From Candidatus Sigynarchaeum calidifontis (GTDB lineage: Archaea > Asgardarchaeota > Lokiarchaeia > Sigyniarchaeales > Sigyniarchaeaceae), in the NCBI GenBank assembly GCA_030587475.2, contig JAUQYZ020000012.1, positions 1 to 33,587 on the forward strand: a stretch of 33,587 bases of DNA. The letters run 5' to 3'. Of this stretch, positions 17,583 to 27,162 are shown one piece after another; the stretch's first letter is position 1, and the number at the start of each line of letters is the position of its first letter. A program made the position numbers and the translations under genes. The notes beneath the pieces are model-generated. The model worked only from the letters and a program-made list of their open reading frames with translations, had not been told where the DNA came from and ran no database searches.

Positions 17583-18875
17583 ATGGCAGCTGCAAAAAAA
17601 AATATCGTCGTGGTCGTGCTCGATGGCGTGGCCGACGTTCCCATCTCTCCAGAAGACCAGCGTACCCCGCTCGAGCTGGCCAAGGTTCCCAACATGGATC
17701 GCATAGCACGGGAGGGCCTTAACGGCTACATCCACTGCACCGGCTACTGGAAAGTTGGCGGATCTGACACGTCACACGCGGCACTGCTCGGCTATGACCC
17801 GTTCGCACCGGGCGCGTACACGGGTCGCGGGCCGATCGAGGTGGCCGGGACCGGTGTCGATCTACGGCCAGGTGATGTTTCGATCCGGTGCAACTATGTT
17901 TCGGTCGAGGGTAGCGATCTTTTCATCGTTGATCGCACCGCCAGTTATGTCCGCGAGGGCGTGGTGGAATTGGCAAGGGCGATCAATGAAAAAGTTATTT
18001 TATCCGATCCGAGAGTCATGTTCGAGTTCCGGAATTCTCAAGATTATCGATGCGTCGTTTATTTTCGCGGCCCTGGTATATCAGCGAATATTAGCGATAT
18101 GGATCCATCTTACGATATTATAGTCGACTCTCCCGAGATGCGGAATGATATCAAGGCCCGGCCCCGTATCGTCGACTGTAAACCCCGCGATGGAACCCCC
18201 GAGGCCAAGCACATGGCTGAATTGCTCACGGAATGGGTGCACAAGGTCTACATCGTGCTCGATCAGCACCACGTGAACGTTGAACGGCGTCAAGCCGGGA
18301 AACCGCCGGCGAACTGCGTCATGCCACGGGGTGCGGGGACAACGCCGGTGTACCAACCTTTTTTCGAAAAGTGGGGCATAAAGGGCGCGTGCGTCGCCGG
18401 CACGGGGCTCATCAAGGGCATCGGCAAGCTCACGGGCATGTTTGTACCGCATGTTCCAGGCACGACAGGCTACATCGATTCCGATCTGATGGCGAAAGGG
18501 CGGGCTGCGATCCAGTGCTTGAAGGAAGGTGCCGAATTCGTGCTCGTGCACGTTGAGGGCACCGACGAGGTTGCACACGACAAGGATGTACCGGCGAAGG
18601 TCAAGATGATAGAAAAGGCGGATGCAATGGTGGGTTATATAATGGATAATCTCCCAGAAAATGGCATCATTGCCATCCTCTCCGATCACACCACTTCAAG
18701 CGTTAAAGGTGACCACACGGCTGATCCACCGCCCGTCGCCATCTGGATGCCCAAGCCAACATACCGTCCCGACGCGGTAAAGGGCTATTCGGAACGAGAA
18801 GCATGCAAGGGCAGCTTGCACCACATGGAAGGGAAAGACTTATTGCCATTGTTGTTGAAGCTCGTTCGCCCGTGA
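17583..18875 (+). CDS. apgM: 2,3-bisphosphoglycerate-independent phosphoglycerate mutase, archaeal type
   Basis: VLDGVAD, TPLELAKVPNMD, GSDTSH..LLGYDP, YTGRGPIE, DEVAHD, SDHTT, HTADP. Confidence 0.92.
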   Translation: MAAAKKNIVVVVLDGVADVPISPEDQRTPLELAKVPNMDRIAREGLNGYIHCTGYWKVGGSDTSHAALLGYDPFAPGAYTGRGPIEVAGTGVDLRPGDVSIRCNYVSVEGSDLFIVDRTASYVREGVVELARAINEKVILSDPRVMFEFRNSQDYRCVVYFRGPGISANISDMDPSYDIIVDSPEMRNDIKARPRIVDCKPRDGTPEAKHMAELLTEWVHKVYIVLDQHHVNVERRQAGKPPANCVMPRGAGTTPVYQPFFEKWGIKGACVAGTGLIKGIGKLTGMFVPHVPGTTGYIDSDLMAKGRAAIQCLKEGAEFVLVHVEGTDEVAHDKDVPAKVKMIEKADAMVGYIMDNLPENGIIAILSDHTTSSVKGDHTADPPPVAIWMPKPTYRPDAVKGYSEREACKGSLHHMEGKDLLPLLLKLVRP

Positions 18876-18920
18876 ACCGGTGGTTTTCACGGTTCTCGCG
18901 TGGGCATCGTGGCGAGAAAA

Positions 18921-20264
18921 ATGGAAACAAGGGACTTTTTATCGCACATCCTCGGCCTTTTCACCGCGGAGGAGCTGAAAGCTTTGGGGAAGGAGATAGA
19001 TCTAAAGGGCATGTTTAAAATGACCAAGGGAGATCTCGTCAAGGCTATCATGACCCAAATCCCTGAAGAGACAATATCACGATTTTTAAACGGCGAGGGC
19101 AAGAAAAAAATCCAAGAAACTATCAAGAACGCGTTTATCTTGCTTGGCGGGGGATCCATCGCGGCCGAACGCCTCGCGAGCATCAAGTTTCAAGCGGATG
19201 TTATCGTCGCGAAGTTCGATGGTATGCGGTGGACGACCCAATGCTCCTCCAAGATCGCGCAAGCCGGTGCACCGGCCTTCGACCACGCGTGCACTTGCAA
19301 AGTCGCGGAAACGGGCGCTTTTTGTATACATTTCTGGGTCGTCCTCTTGCAGTTGCTGGCCGAGGGCAAGTTATCAATCACCGCGATCGGGCCGTTTGCG
19401 GATCTTGCCGGCGCCGTCATCGAATCGAACTTGAAAAGCGTCAAGCCAAGAGCATCACCCGCACCAAAGGTTATAGGGGATATCAATAGCAAACCGCTCG
19501 ACCAATTATTGCAAGCCTGGACAATGGAGGGCAGGTACGAGCGCGCCCTCGATGAACTCGGACGAGGCGATTCTCCAACGCTAATAACACCCCCGAAACA
19601 AACAAAGCCAGCAAAAACTATCAAGGTTGCAAAACCAGCCGGTGCATCCGCGACCAAGAAAGAAGGCGATGCCGGCGTTGCAAGGCCCGAGCGGAAAGCA
19701 AAAAAGCCACCTGCCGAGCCCTATCACGTCGAGGTCAAGTTCGCGACGAACGAGCCGGGGCCACCTGCAAAAATCCTCGCGACGCTCGTCAAGGTCACCG
19801 CGGCGAAGAAAGAAGCTCTGCCCTTTCATATCCTTCTCGATGAGGAAGATCGGGTGGTCGCCCACGACGGGTGTAAGGATTTCGAGATACGTTTGCGCCG
19901 CAAGCAGCTATTGTGCAAGCATCTCTTGCAAGTGTTCCTCAACATCGATGAAGGTGTGGCGCGGCGGTTGCTCGGGAACCTTGACGCGTTCGAATTCACA
20001 AGCATCATGCCAAGCCAGAAGGATGCCCCTCTCACGCTTCCCGAGGCGGTCATGAAGTTGAAACCTGACGTGCGGGTCGGGGACGACGATACCTTGAAGG
20101 GAAAGATCCTGGATTATTTACTTGCTAACGAGGCATTTCCTGAAAAATTGAGTGTCGATGCCATCACGAAAGAGCTCGGGGCTGCGGCGGTTGCATTGCT
20201 TCCGGTGATGGTCGCCGAAAACATGATCGAGGAGGTCTCGCCCGGGCGATACAAGCCGAAATGA
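18921..20264 (+). CDS. Protein with two SWIM zinc fingers, an N-terminal Rho_N/SAP-like helix-extension-helix and a probable C-terminal winged helix; the ORF track starts at 18900
   Basis: FTAEELKALGKEIDLKGMFKMTKGDLVKAI; CTC-x8-CIH; HDGCKDF-x10-CKH; ILDYL...LSVDAITKELG...MIEEVSPGRYK. Confidence 0.78.
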   Translation: METRDFLSHILGLFTAEELKALGKEIDLKGMFKMTKGDLVKAIMTQIPEETISRFLNGEGKKKIQETIKNAFILLGGGSIAAERLASIKFQADVIVAKFDGMRWTTQCSSKIAQAGAPAFDHACTCKVAETGAFCIHFWVVLLQLLAEGKLSITAIGPFADLAGAVIESNLKSVKPRASPAPKVIGDINSKPLDQLLQAWTMEGRYERALDELGRGDSPTLITPPKQTKPAKTIKVAKPAGASATKKEGDAGVARPERKAKKPPAEPYHVEVKFATNEPGPPAKILATLVKVTAAKKEALPFHILLDEEDRVVAHDGCKDFEIRLRRKQLLCKHLLQVFLNIDEGVARRLLGNLDAFEFTSIMPSQKDAPLTLPEAVMKLKPDVRVGDDDTLKGKILDYLLANEAFPEKLSVDAITKELGAAAVALLPVMVAENMIEEVSPGRYKPK

Positions 20265-20276
20265 CGCGGCAATTTC

Positions 20277-20888
20277 TCAACCGGTCTTGAATACTTCTAG
20301 ATAGCTAGCGATCATGGTCTTGAGGATCTCGGCATTCGTCCCGTGCTTCGCTGAGAACGTGAGCAGGTTTCCTGGTGGAAAGGATGGAATGGCGGACAAG
20401 TTCAGCGCCTCCTTGACGTATTCGAGTTCTGCATCGATTGCTTGTTTTCGCAGCTTGTCGACCTTGTTCGCGAGCACTACCGTGGGAATCTTGAACTCTT
20501 GCAGAAAATCGAACAGTTCCTTGTCAAAAGGAACTGAATCGGAATGCTTGTCAAACACGATGCGAAATGTCTCGATGTTGATGACCTCGATGGCGAGGAA
20601 TACTTCATGGTGCCGGTTTTCGATAAACGAGATGATCTTGTCTTGCACCTCGCTTTGAAACTTTTTCGACGCGTGTGCCATGTACCCGAAGCCCGGGAGA
20701 TCCACGATGGTGTATTCCCCGTTGTCTATCTCGCGAGGCCCTTTCGTGACGCCTGGCTGCTTTCCTACCTTGATTTTCTTTCCGAGCGCCCTGGGCGCGA
20801 GAAGGCGACAAAGGCTGCTCTTGCCCGTGTTGCTCCGCCCGATTATGACCAGTAGAGGTTTTCTCGTGGAAAGGGCCACGCGATTCAC
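20277..20888 (-). CDS. engB: GTP-binding protein EngB/YihA, archaeal type; start may be GTG 20879 after GGTGA
   Basis: G1 GRSNTGKSS, G2 PGVT, G3 DLPGFG, G4 NKVD, G5 SAK. Confidence 0.92.
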   Translation of the reverse strand: MNRVALSTRKPLLVIIGRSNTGKSSLCRLLAPRALGKKIKVGKQPGVTKGPREIDNGEYTIVDLPGFGYMAHASKKFQSEVQDKIISFIENRHHEVFLAIEVINIETFRIVFDKHSDSVPFDKELFDFLQEFKIPTVVLANKVDKLRKQAIDAELEYVKEALNLSAIPSFPPGNLLTFSAKHGTNAEILKTMIASYLEVFKTG

Positions 20889-20921
20889 CCGGCAACTATC
20901 GGACGATTGTACTCAAAAAAA

Positions 20922-22085
20922 TCAGAATAACTTGTCGCTACTGAAAAAATCGTTGATCATCTTCTTTTCTTCCTTTTTAGTAACCACGGGACGCTTGGAC
21001 AAGGGCGGTCCAACCTGCTTGAGCAAGTCTTGCATCTTTTTTCGATTGACGTCGAGCTTGAACTCGCCGCCGCGTTTGAATATGACAACGGGTTTATCGT
21101 AGAGTTGCACTTTTATGAGGGTTGAAAGCCCGAAATTGAACATGTGCTCGGGCAACACGTCAACAGGACTTTTACTAAGTGGTTCCTTCAAAGCATCGTA
21201 TAAAACTTTTTTAGAGGCGCTGCCGCTTTCGCTTTTGAACGTGAGGAAATAAAGGCAGTGATACCAAGTTTTGGCCGTCGATGCTGCCGCGTGTTTAATG
21301 AATTCTTCCTCCGTGACGAATTTACTCTCCTCTGCAGCACTGCGTTCCTCTAATTGCTTCTGGATCTTTTCAGCGACCTCGCTAGACACGCTTTGCAAGG
21401 CAGTCGTCGCGTCCTGGCCCGACTCGATCGCCTGGACGGCGGTGGCAATGGTGGCTGCTTCCTCCTTTTTCACGTCCGCCATGGCACTGAATATCTCTTC
21501 CAAATCCGCTTGCGAATCGAACAAGGAGAAGTCATCTTCTCCACCGGGCCCGGGAGCTGCTTGCACGGCCCGTGCATCTTGAGCCATCGAACCGGCCGGA
21601 GGTGCTGGTTGGGCGATAGACGCCGGTGGAGCAGGTTGCTCGGTCGCTGATACATCGAGGGGCATTGCAGGCGCTGGTTGCTCGGCCGGTGACTCCGCGG
21701 GGGGTGTTACTGGAGCAGGTTGCCCGGCCGGCGATTCCACTCGAACTGCCACTCCTGGAGACACTTGCTCGATTTGCACCGTATCGCTTTTTGCTCGTGT
21801 TGGTTTCTCCTTTTCCGCATCCGGCACATCTTCATTTCTGATTTCAGATGGAGCCGGGACCTCTTGAACCGATGCATCGGAACTTGTTGGTTCGCTTGAT
21901 TTTTCTTCCGCTTCCTCATGCTCAGGCGCTATTGCATCGTGCGTTCCCGCGACCATTTCCTCGCCATTCGGGATTGCCTTTCCACTGATTTTGTCCTTTG
22001 GTTGCTCGGGCTCTATCGGCACGGGCTTGATCCCCGCGCCCGTGGTCGTCTTTCTTGTCGTTGCTTTTTTCTTTCCCGTCGGCAA
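20922..22085 (-). CDS. Hypothetical protein: long acidic/Pro-rich disordered N-terminus and a folded C-terminal ~130-aa domain (possibly winged helix)
   Basis: QPAP repeats, then TWYHCLYFLTF...SKKVLYDALK...FNFGLSTLIKV..PVVIFKRGGEFKL. Confidence 0.78.
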   Translation of the reverse strand: MPTGKKKATTRKTTTGAGIKPVPIEPEQPKDKISGKAIPNGEEMVAGTHDAIAPEHEEAEEKSSEPTSSDASVQEVPAPSEIRNEDVPDAEKEKPTRAKSDTVQIEQVSPGVAVRVESPAGQPAPVTPPAESPAEQPAPAMPLDVSATEQPAPPASIAQPAPPAGSMAQDARAVQAAPGPGGEDDFSLFDSQADLEEIFSAMADVKKEEAATIATAVQAIESGQDATTALQSVSSEVAEKIQKQLEERSAAEESKFVTEEEFIKHAAASTAKTWYHCLYFLTFKSESGSASKKVLYDALKEPLSKSPVDVLPEHMFNFGLSTLIKVQLYDKPVVIFKRGGEFKLDVNRKKMQDLLKQVGPPLSKRPVVTKKEEKKMINDFFSSDKLF

Positions 22086-22239
22086 TCACCGGTTGGTCGT
22101 CTCGGTGGGGCATCGATAGGATAGCGTCACTTCGATTATCAATATGGCGGCCGTTGTATAATAATAGGACCCCCGCCGCGCAATCTTATTATGATAACCA
22201 TCATCAATCTCTTCGAGAATCCTAACCGGGTGCAAGAAC

Positions 22240-22977
22240 GTGGTCATCGAGTTCAACAAGGTCAAGTTCATCATCTTCGACTTCGACGGCGTGCTGTTTA
22301 ATGGTCTGGAAGCCATCAAGGATGGCGTGAAGTCGGGCATCGAAAAATATGGTTTGAAGGTAGATTTCAAGCAGGCCGTGGATGAAATTGCGGCACTCAT
22401 TCAGAAACTCATGTCGATACCTATTCCCAAGATCGTGTTGAGCTCGTACCAGCTTCTCAAGGATCTCACGTTCCTGGAAGGCATGTCCTATTTTAAAAAG
22501 CTCCAGATTGGCTTGACCATATACCGGGAGTATCTCAAGGAGGTCGAGAACATGAAACTATACGACGGGATCGAGGAGATGCTCTCGATCTTGAGCGACA
22601 AGGGCATCAAGTTTTCCATCCTCACGTCCGGCTTGAAAGCTTCAGTCGTGGAGAAGCTCAAGAAATTTGGCATCGACAAGTATTTCCCGGAGGAATTAAT
22701 CATCGGAGCTGGGGACGTGACGCCTGGCCACGTGAAACCTGATCCCGAAGGCATCGAGATCATCGTCAACAAGGCAGGGGTGAAGCCGCTCGTCGATGCG
22801 AACGGCGTGGTCATGATCGGCGACATGCACACGGACATCGAAGCCGGCAAAAGAGCCTTCGGAGGAAAAGGGATCAAGACCGTCGGCATCATTTCCGGCT
22901 ACGATTCCAAGCTCGCCAGCAGCGGCGCCGATCTCGTGCTGGAAACGACGACGCAGCTGCTCAACCATTTTCGTTGA
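22240..22977 (+). CDS. HAD-superfamily hydrolase (phosphoglycolate phosphatase-like)
   Basis: Motif I IIFDFDGVL, motif II ILTS, motif III KPDPEG, motif IV MIGDMHTDIEAG. Confidence 0.92.
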   Translation: MVIEFNKVKFIIFDFDGVLFNGLEAIKDGVKSGIEKYGLKVDFKQAVDEIAALIQKLMSIPIPKIVLSSYQLLKDLTFLEGMSYFKKLQIGLTIYREYLKEVENMKLYDGIEEMLSILSDKGIKFSILTSGLKASVVEKLKKFGIDKYFPEELIIGAGDVTPGHVKPDPEGIEIIVNKAGVKPLVDANGVVMIGDMHTDIEAGKRAFGGKGIKTVGIISGYDSKLASSGADLVLETTTQLLNHFR

Positions 22978-22997
22978 AAACTCCCGTTTTTTCTAAA

Positions 22998-24077
22998 TCA
23001 AGTTGCATTCACCGGGACGCTGTCGTCGGCTTTTTGCTTCTCCTTTTCGAGTTTCGACCTGATGCGGTAATATGACGTGAAATCCGCCCTGTCCAACGTG
23101 ATAGCAACGATCGGAACGTTGATGTTGTCGCAATGCTCGATGACCTTGCTGATCATGACCCGGTCTATGTCTTCAGCAAATATCTTGACGTCGTTCCGGC
23201 CTGTCTTGATGACGAACTTGACCTCCGGGAGCGACCGGATCGAGTCGATGATCTCCTCGTTGAGCTCCGCGACCTCGAGCTTGATCGAACGCCCCTCGCA
23301 CGGGAGGAGCTTGTTGATGAGCACCTCGGGATCGCCGAACTCGATCACGCGGCCCTTCTCGAGCAAAACGATACGGTTGCAATATTGCGCGATTTCGAGG
23401 TCGTGGGAAACGATGACGACCGAGATGCCGAGTTTCTTGTTGAGGTTCTTTAAATAGTTGAGCACCTGGATGCGAAGCGAGATATCGAGCCCGGTGGTCG
23501 GCTCGTCGAGAAGCAATATCTCCGGGTCGTGAATCATGCCAATGGCGATGCTCACGCGCTTTTTCTCGCCCCCGGACAAGTACTTGGCTTTCTTGTCCAT
23601 CAAAGCATCCTTGAACCCGAGGATGCGGAGCAATTCCCTGCCGCGCTGCTTTATCTGCACGTCGGAGACGCCGGAGAGGTACATTTTCCCGAAATAATAA
23701 ACGTTCTCGAGGGCGGAGAAGTGGTCATACACCGAGATCAGCTCGAGTTGCGGCACGTAGCCAAAACGCTTTATGGCCTCGTTCTTGTGATGCACCACGT
23801 CGATGCCGGCCACGTTTACGGTGCCACGAGTTGGTTTCATCTGGCCGGTGATGCACCTGAGAATGGTAGATTTGCCAGCGCCCGATTCCCCAATGAGGCC
23901 AAGGATCTCGCCCTCGTAGGAATAAAAACTCACGTCCCTGATGATGGTGGTCTTGGTTCGCTTGATCTTCAATGGAAAGGTAATTTTCGTGCTTGAAACC
24001 GTCACCGTGACGTTCTGGAGATCGATGATCTTTCGTCGTCCCCGTTCACCGGCAGGAAGGTCTGCCCGCGACGGCAT
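22998..24077 (-). CDS. ABC transporter ATP-binding protein (DrrA/ABC-2 exporter type) with a C-terminal accessory domain
   Basis: GESGAGKST, YVPQ, LSGGEKKR, LLLDEPTTGLD, VSHD. Confidence 0.95.
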   Translation of the reverse strand: MPSRADLPAGERGRRKIIDLQNVTVTVSSTKITFPLKIKRTKTTIIRDVSFYSYEGEILGLIGESGAGKSTILRCITGQMKPTRGTVNVAGIDVVHHKNEAIKRFGYVPQLELISVYDHFSALENVYYFGKMYLSGVSDVQIKQRGRELLRILGFKDALMDKKAKYLSGGEKKRVSIAIGMIHDPEILLLDEPTTGLDISLRIQVLNYLKNLNKKLGISVVIVSHDLEIAQYCNRIVLLEKGRVIEFGDPEVLINKLLPCEGRSIKLEVAELNEEIIDSIRSLPEVKFVIKTGRNDVKIFAEDIDRVMISKVIEHCDNINVPIVAITLDRADFTSYYRIRSKLEKEKQKADDSVPVNAT

Positions 24078-24090
24078 GGGAATTTCCAGA

Positions 24091-25197
24091 TCAGATCGCC
24101 CCCTTTTTTAACTTGAAGGATATGAAAGCCGCCGCATAGAACGCCGTGCCGAACACGATCTGCGGCCAGATATATCCCCACATGTCACCGAGCGGTACAG
24201 ATTTATACGCGATCAGCTTGATCCCGTCCTGGCAATACCCCATGGGGAAGATCTTGTCCAATCCTTGTATGAAGATCCCGCTGCCCAGGATGAAGAGCAT
24301 CATGAAGCCGAGCAAGAAAAACTGGGATCCTTGCAATTTTGTCGTGGCCAGGGTCGACATGAAGACGCCCATGCTCACCCCGCAATATGATATGAAGATG
24401 CAAAAGAGCCAACTCGAGAAAATATCGCCAGGGAATCTCAAGCCCAACGCGAGATACGGGAACAAGACCAGCACCGCGGCCTGCGCCATCTGCAAAACGG
24501 TATACGCGGCGATCTTTGCGGAAATGATCTCGAACCGCTTGCTCGGCGTGAGCGAGACACGCATGATCGGGTTGTCGCCGACGACGCTTTGGGTCGCGAG
24601 CATTAGCGCCGCGGCCATGAGCGTGGTCGATACGACCATCGGCCACGACGTGAACACGGCAGAGGGGATCTGGTATTGGTCGTCCGTTTCGTAGTAAATC
24701 TCGTCCTCCGTGAAATTGAACGCCACCTTGAAATCCTTGATAGCATTGTTTACCTTCATAGCCATCAAGGGCTGGGCCAGGATGTATAGTGCATCCGCAT
24801 AAAATGTGACGAATGCAGGAAGGTGTGCGCTCACGTTGAACTCGAAACCATTGCCAATCACGACGAACCCGATGATGTGCTCGTAGTAGAGGCTCACGTT
24901 CGCATCGTGGATCGTGTTGAACCTGGTGAGCGTGACCGAAGGCTGCTCGGCAAGGACGTTGATGAATTCTTCGCTCAGGACATAACGTGGATCGCCAACC
25001 GACGTGTCGAGGTTTACCACGCCCATATTCGCCGTCCTGCCAGCAACGAGATTGTCGATCATCTTCCCACCAACGGAACCAGTGAGACCGAGTGCTAGCA
25101 TCGCGACGGAGGGGAGAATGAACACGATAGCGAGGGCTTGCTTGTCTGCCCAGATCGACGCCAGTTCTTTCTTTACAAGCGTTAAAAAGCGCATCAA
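24091..25197 (-). CDS. ABC-2 type permease
   Basis: TLVKKELASIWADK..LAIVFILP, extracellular loop GVVNLD, TPSKRFEIISAK, about 6 TM, PMGYCQDGI. Confidence 0.9.
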   Translation of the reverse strand: MMRFLTLVKKELASIWADKQALAIVFILPSVAMLALGLTGSVGGKMIDNLVAGRTANMGVVNLDTSVGDPRYVLSEEFINVLAEQPSVTLTRFNTIHDANVSLYYEHIIGFVVIGNGFEFNVSAHLPAFVTFYADALYILAQPLMAMKVNNAIKDFKVAFNFTEDEIYYETDDQYQIPSAVFTSWPMVVSTTLMAAALMLATQSVVGDNPIMRVSLTPSKRFEIISAKIAAYTVLQMAQAAVLVLFPYLALGLRFPGDIFSSWLFCIFISYCGVSMGVFMSTLATTKLQGSQFFLLGFMMLFILGSGIFIQGLDKIFPMGYCQDGIKLIAYKSVPLGDMWGYIWPQIVFGTAFYAAAFISFKLKKGAI

Positions 25198-25264
25198 TGC
25201 GAACTCGCGTTTCCCGATCTTCGTGCTCGTGACGCTTCACCTCGGCGTTGCTAATGTTCTCCTT

Positions 25265-27031
25265 TCATTCGTTTCGATATTGTTTTACCTTGTAGAGAAA
25301 ATAGTCTATCATATCAATCTCTGCTTTCGGCTCGATCCGGTGTACCTGGTACCCGCCGTCAGCCAGCGTCTTGAAAATCTTGTCGTATAGTTGTTGATTG
25401 AAGTCCTTTGCAAAGATCCGAATCGATCCCCCCCGCTGCAAGATCAAATCAATGTCGTCGATCTTCTTCAGCAGCTCGATGGCATCCGGGTCAAACCGCT
25501 CCAGCGTGAGCTCGGCCGCATATCCACCTCCAGGCAACCGTTGCTTGAGCTCGGACGGCGAGCCAAACTCGAGGAATCCCTTCCCTTTCATGAAAACCGC
25601 GACCTTGTCGCAATACTCGCCCTCCTCGGGGTAGTGGGTTATCACGACTTGAGAAACTCCATATTGCCTGCTGATCTTGTCAAGGTACGACCAGAGCTCG
25701 TGCCGGGTCGTCGGGTCGAGGCCAGACGTTGGTTCGTCCAAGAAAAGAATTTTCGGGTTGTGAACGAGCGCGATGGCAATGCTCGCACGCCGCTTCTCGC
25801 CTCCAGAGAGCCGGTCGACTGGCTGGTTCGCTTTTGAAAAGATGCCGAGGTCCCTGAGAATTTCCTTCCCTCGCTTGATAAGTTCCTGTTCGGGGATGCC
25901 GTATTGTGAACCAAAATGGATGATATTGCGCAGCGGGGTGTACGTGAGGTACATCTTCGAAAGATCCTGGGGCACGTACCCGTACAGCGGCGTGATGGCT
26001 TGCTTGTCGCGGGCGTTCTCGCCGCAGATCCATATTTTTCCCTCGTAATCCTTGATGTCGCCGATGATTGCTTTCAGCGTCGTGGTCTTGCCCGCGCCCG
26101 ATTCACCGACGATGCCGAGTATCTCGCCGTCGTCGATCGAGAAGTTCACGTTTTCGACGATCGGCTTGCCCTTGATCCCGTAGTCAACCGTGAGGTTCTC
26201 GACCTCGAGCACCTTGTCGTACTTCTTTATCTCGGTGCCGATTTTCGGGTCGAGAATGATTTTCTTTGCGATGACTTGTTCCGTGTTGATGTGCCCGAGA
26301 CCTCCCACCCTGATGATGCGGCCTTTCTCCAGCTGGTTTCCTTGGCCGACGATGCCCTGGTCGAGCAGCAATATGAAGTAAACATGCTTCGGGAACGCGT
26401 GCTGGATGACCCGGAGTACTTTTCCAGAGCCAAAGAAGGTCTGTTTCGTCTTGGACCAGATGCCGAATACCTGGGCCGAGACATGGGTTGTATCGAGCAT
26501 TTTATTCAAGTAATCACAAGCGTCCTGGATCTCGCGGCCATCGAAGAACCGTCGCGTGTCGTAATTTTTCTTGAACTGGTTTTCCAGCTGGATGGCGAAC
26601 ACGCGCACGTCCTCCGAGCTCGCGTTCTGGCTTCCCAGCGTGAGGATGGTACCTTCTGGAATGGTCGTATCCCCTATCGTGCCTTGGACGACGCTCACCG
26701 CGATGTAATTCTTCCTGAAGCCACGAACTGCTTTTATCATGAATCCCTGGAGCTCGATCTCCTTGAAAACCTCGAATTTCGAGATGTCCTTGGGTATAAA
26801 TCCCTTGCCATCCTTCCGCCACTTGATCAACTGCTTTGATAAGCCAAAACCTGCACGGATCAGCGCTTTTGGAAGGTTCTTCACGACGCCCTCGATGTTA
26901 AACGTTTCGGATCCATGAATATTCACGAGAATCTGTTCATCTTGCCTATCCATTGCCCATTCTATCGCTTGCTTGAACTCATCGCCGCTGAACAGCACGG
27001 ATTCGAGGACACGAGGTGTTGTCGTGGACAT
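25265..27031 (-). CDS. ABC transporter ATP-binding protein with a ~270-aa N-terminal extension of unknown function
   Basis: GESGAGKTT, YVPQ, LSGGEKRR, LFLDEPTSGLD, ITHY; the nucleotide-binding domain begins at about residue 273. Confidence 0.92.
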   Translation of the reverse strand: MSTTTPRVLESVLFSGDEFKQAIEWAMDRQDEQILVNIHGSETFNIEGVVKNLPKALIRAGFGLSKQLIKWRKDGKGFIPKDISKFEVFKEIELQGFMIKAVRGFRKNYIAVSVVQGTIGDTTIPEGTILTLGSQNASSEDVRVFAIQLENQFKKNYDTRRFFDGREIQDACDYLNKMLDTTHVSAQVFGIWSKTKQTFFGSGKVLRVIQHAFPKHVYFILLLDQGIVGQGNQLEKGRIIRVGGLGHINTEQVIAKKIILDPKIGTEIKKYDKVLEVENLTVDYGIKGKPIVENVNFSIDDGEILGIVGESGAGKTTTLKAIIGDIKDYEGKIWICGENARDKQAITPLYGYVPQDLSKMYLTYTPLRNIIHFGSQYGIPEQELIKRGKEILRDLGIFSKANQPVDRLSGGEKRRASIAIALVHNPKILFLDEPTSGLDPTTRHELWSYLDKISRQYGVSQVVITHYPEEGEYCDKVAVFMKGKGFLEFGSPSELKQRLPGGGYAAELTLERFDPDAIELLKKIDDIDLILQRGGSIRIFAKDFNQQLYDKIFKTLADGGYQVHRIEPKAEIDMIDYFLYKVKQYRNE

Positions 27032-27162
27032 AAAATAACGTGCAAGTAATGTGTCTGATAAGTAAAAAAGTTACAAGCGTCATTCGTTGCACGAAATCCC
27101 AACGGTTAAAAAGATATTATACAAGTCCCCTCTTGATCGTATAAGTCGTATAAGTGATCGAC
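27032..27162. promoter_or_regulatory. Divergent promoter region between the ABC operon and the subtilase-like gene, with a 9-bp tandem repeat (tcgtataag)x2 at 27137-27154
   Basis: Short AT-rich intergenic stretch; aaaaagatattatac resembles BRE/TATA; exact tandem 9-mer. Confidence 0.5.
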
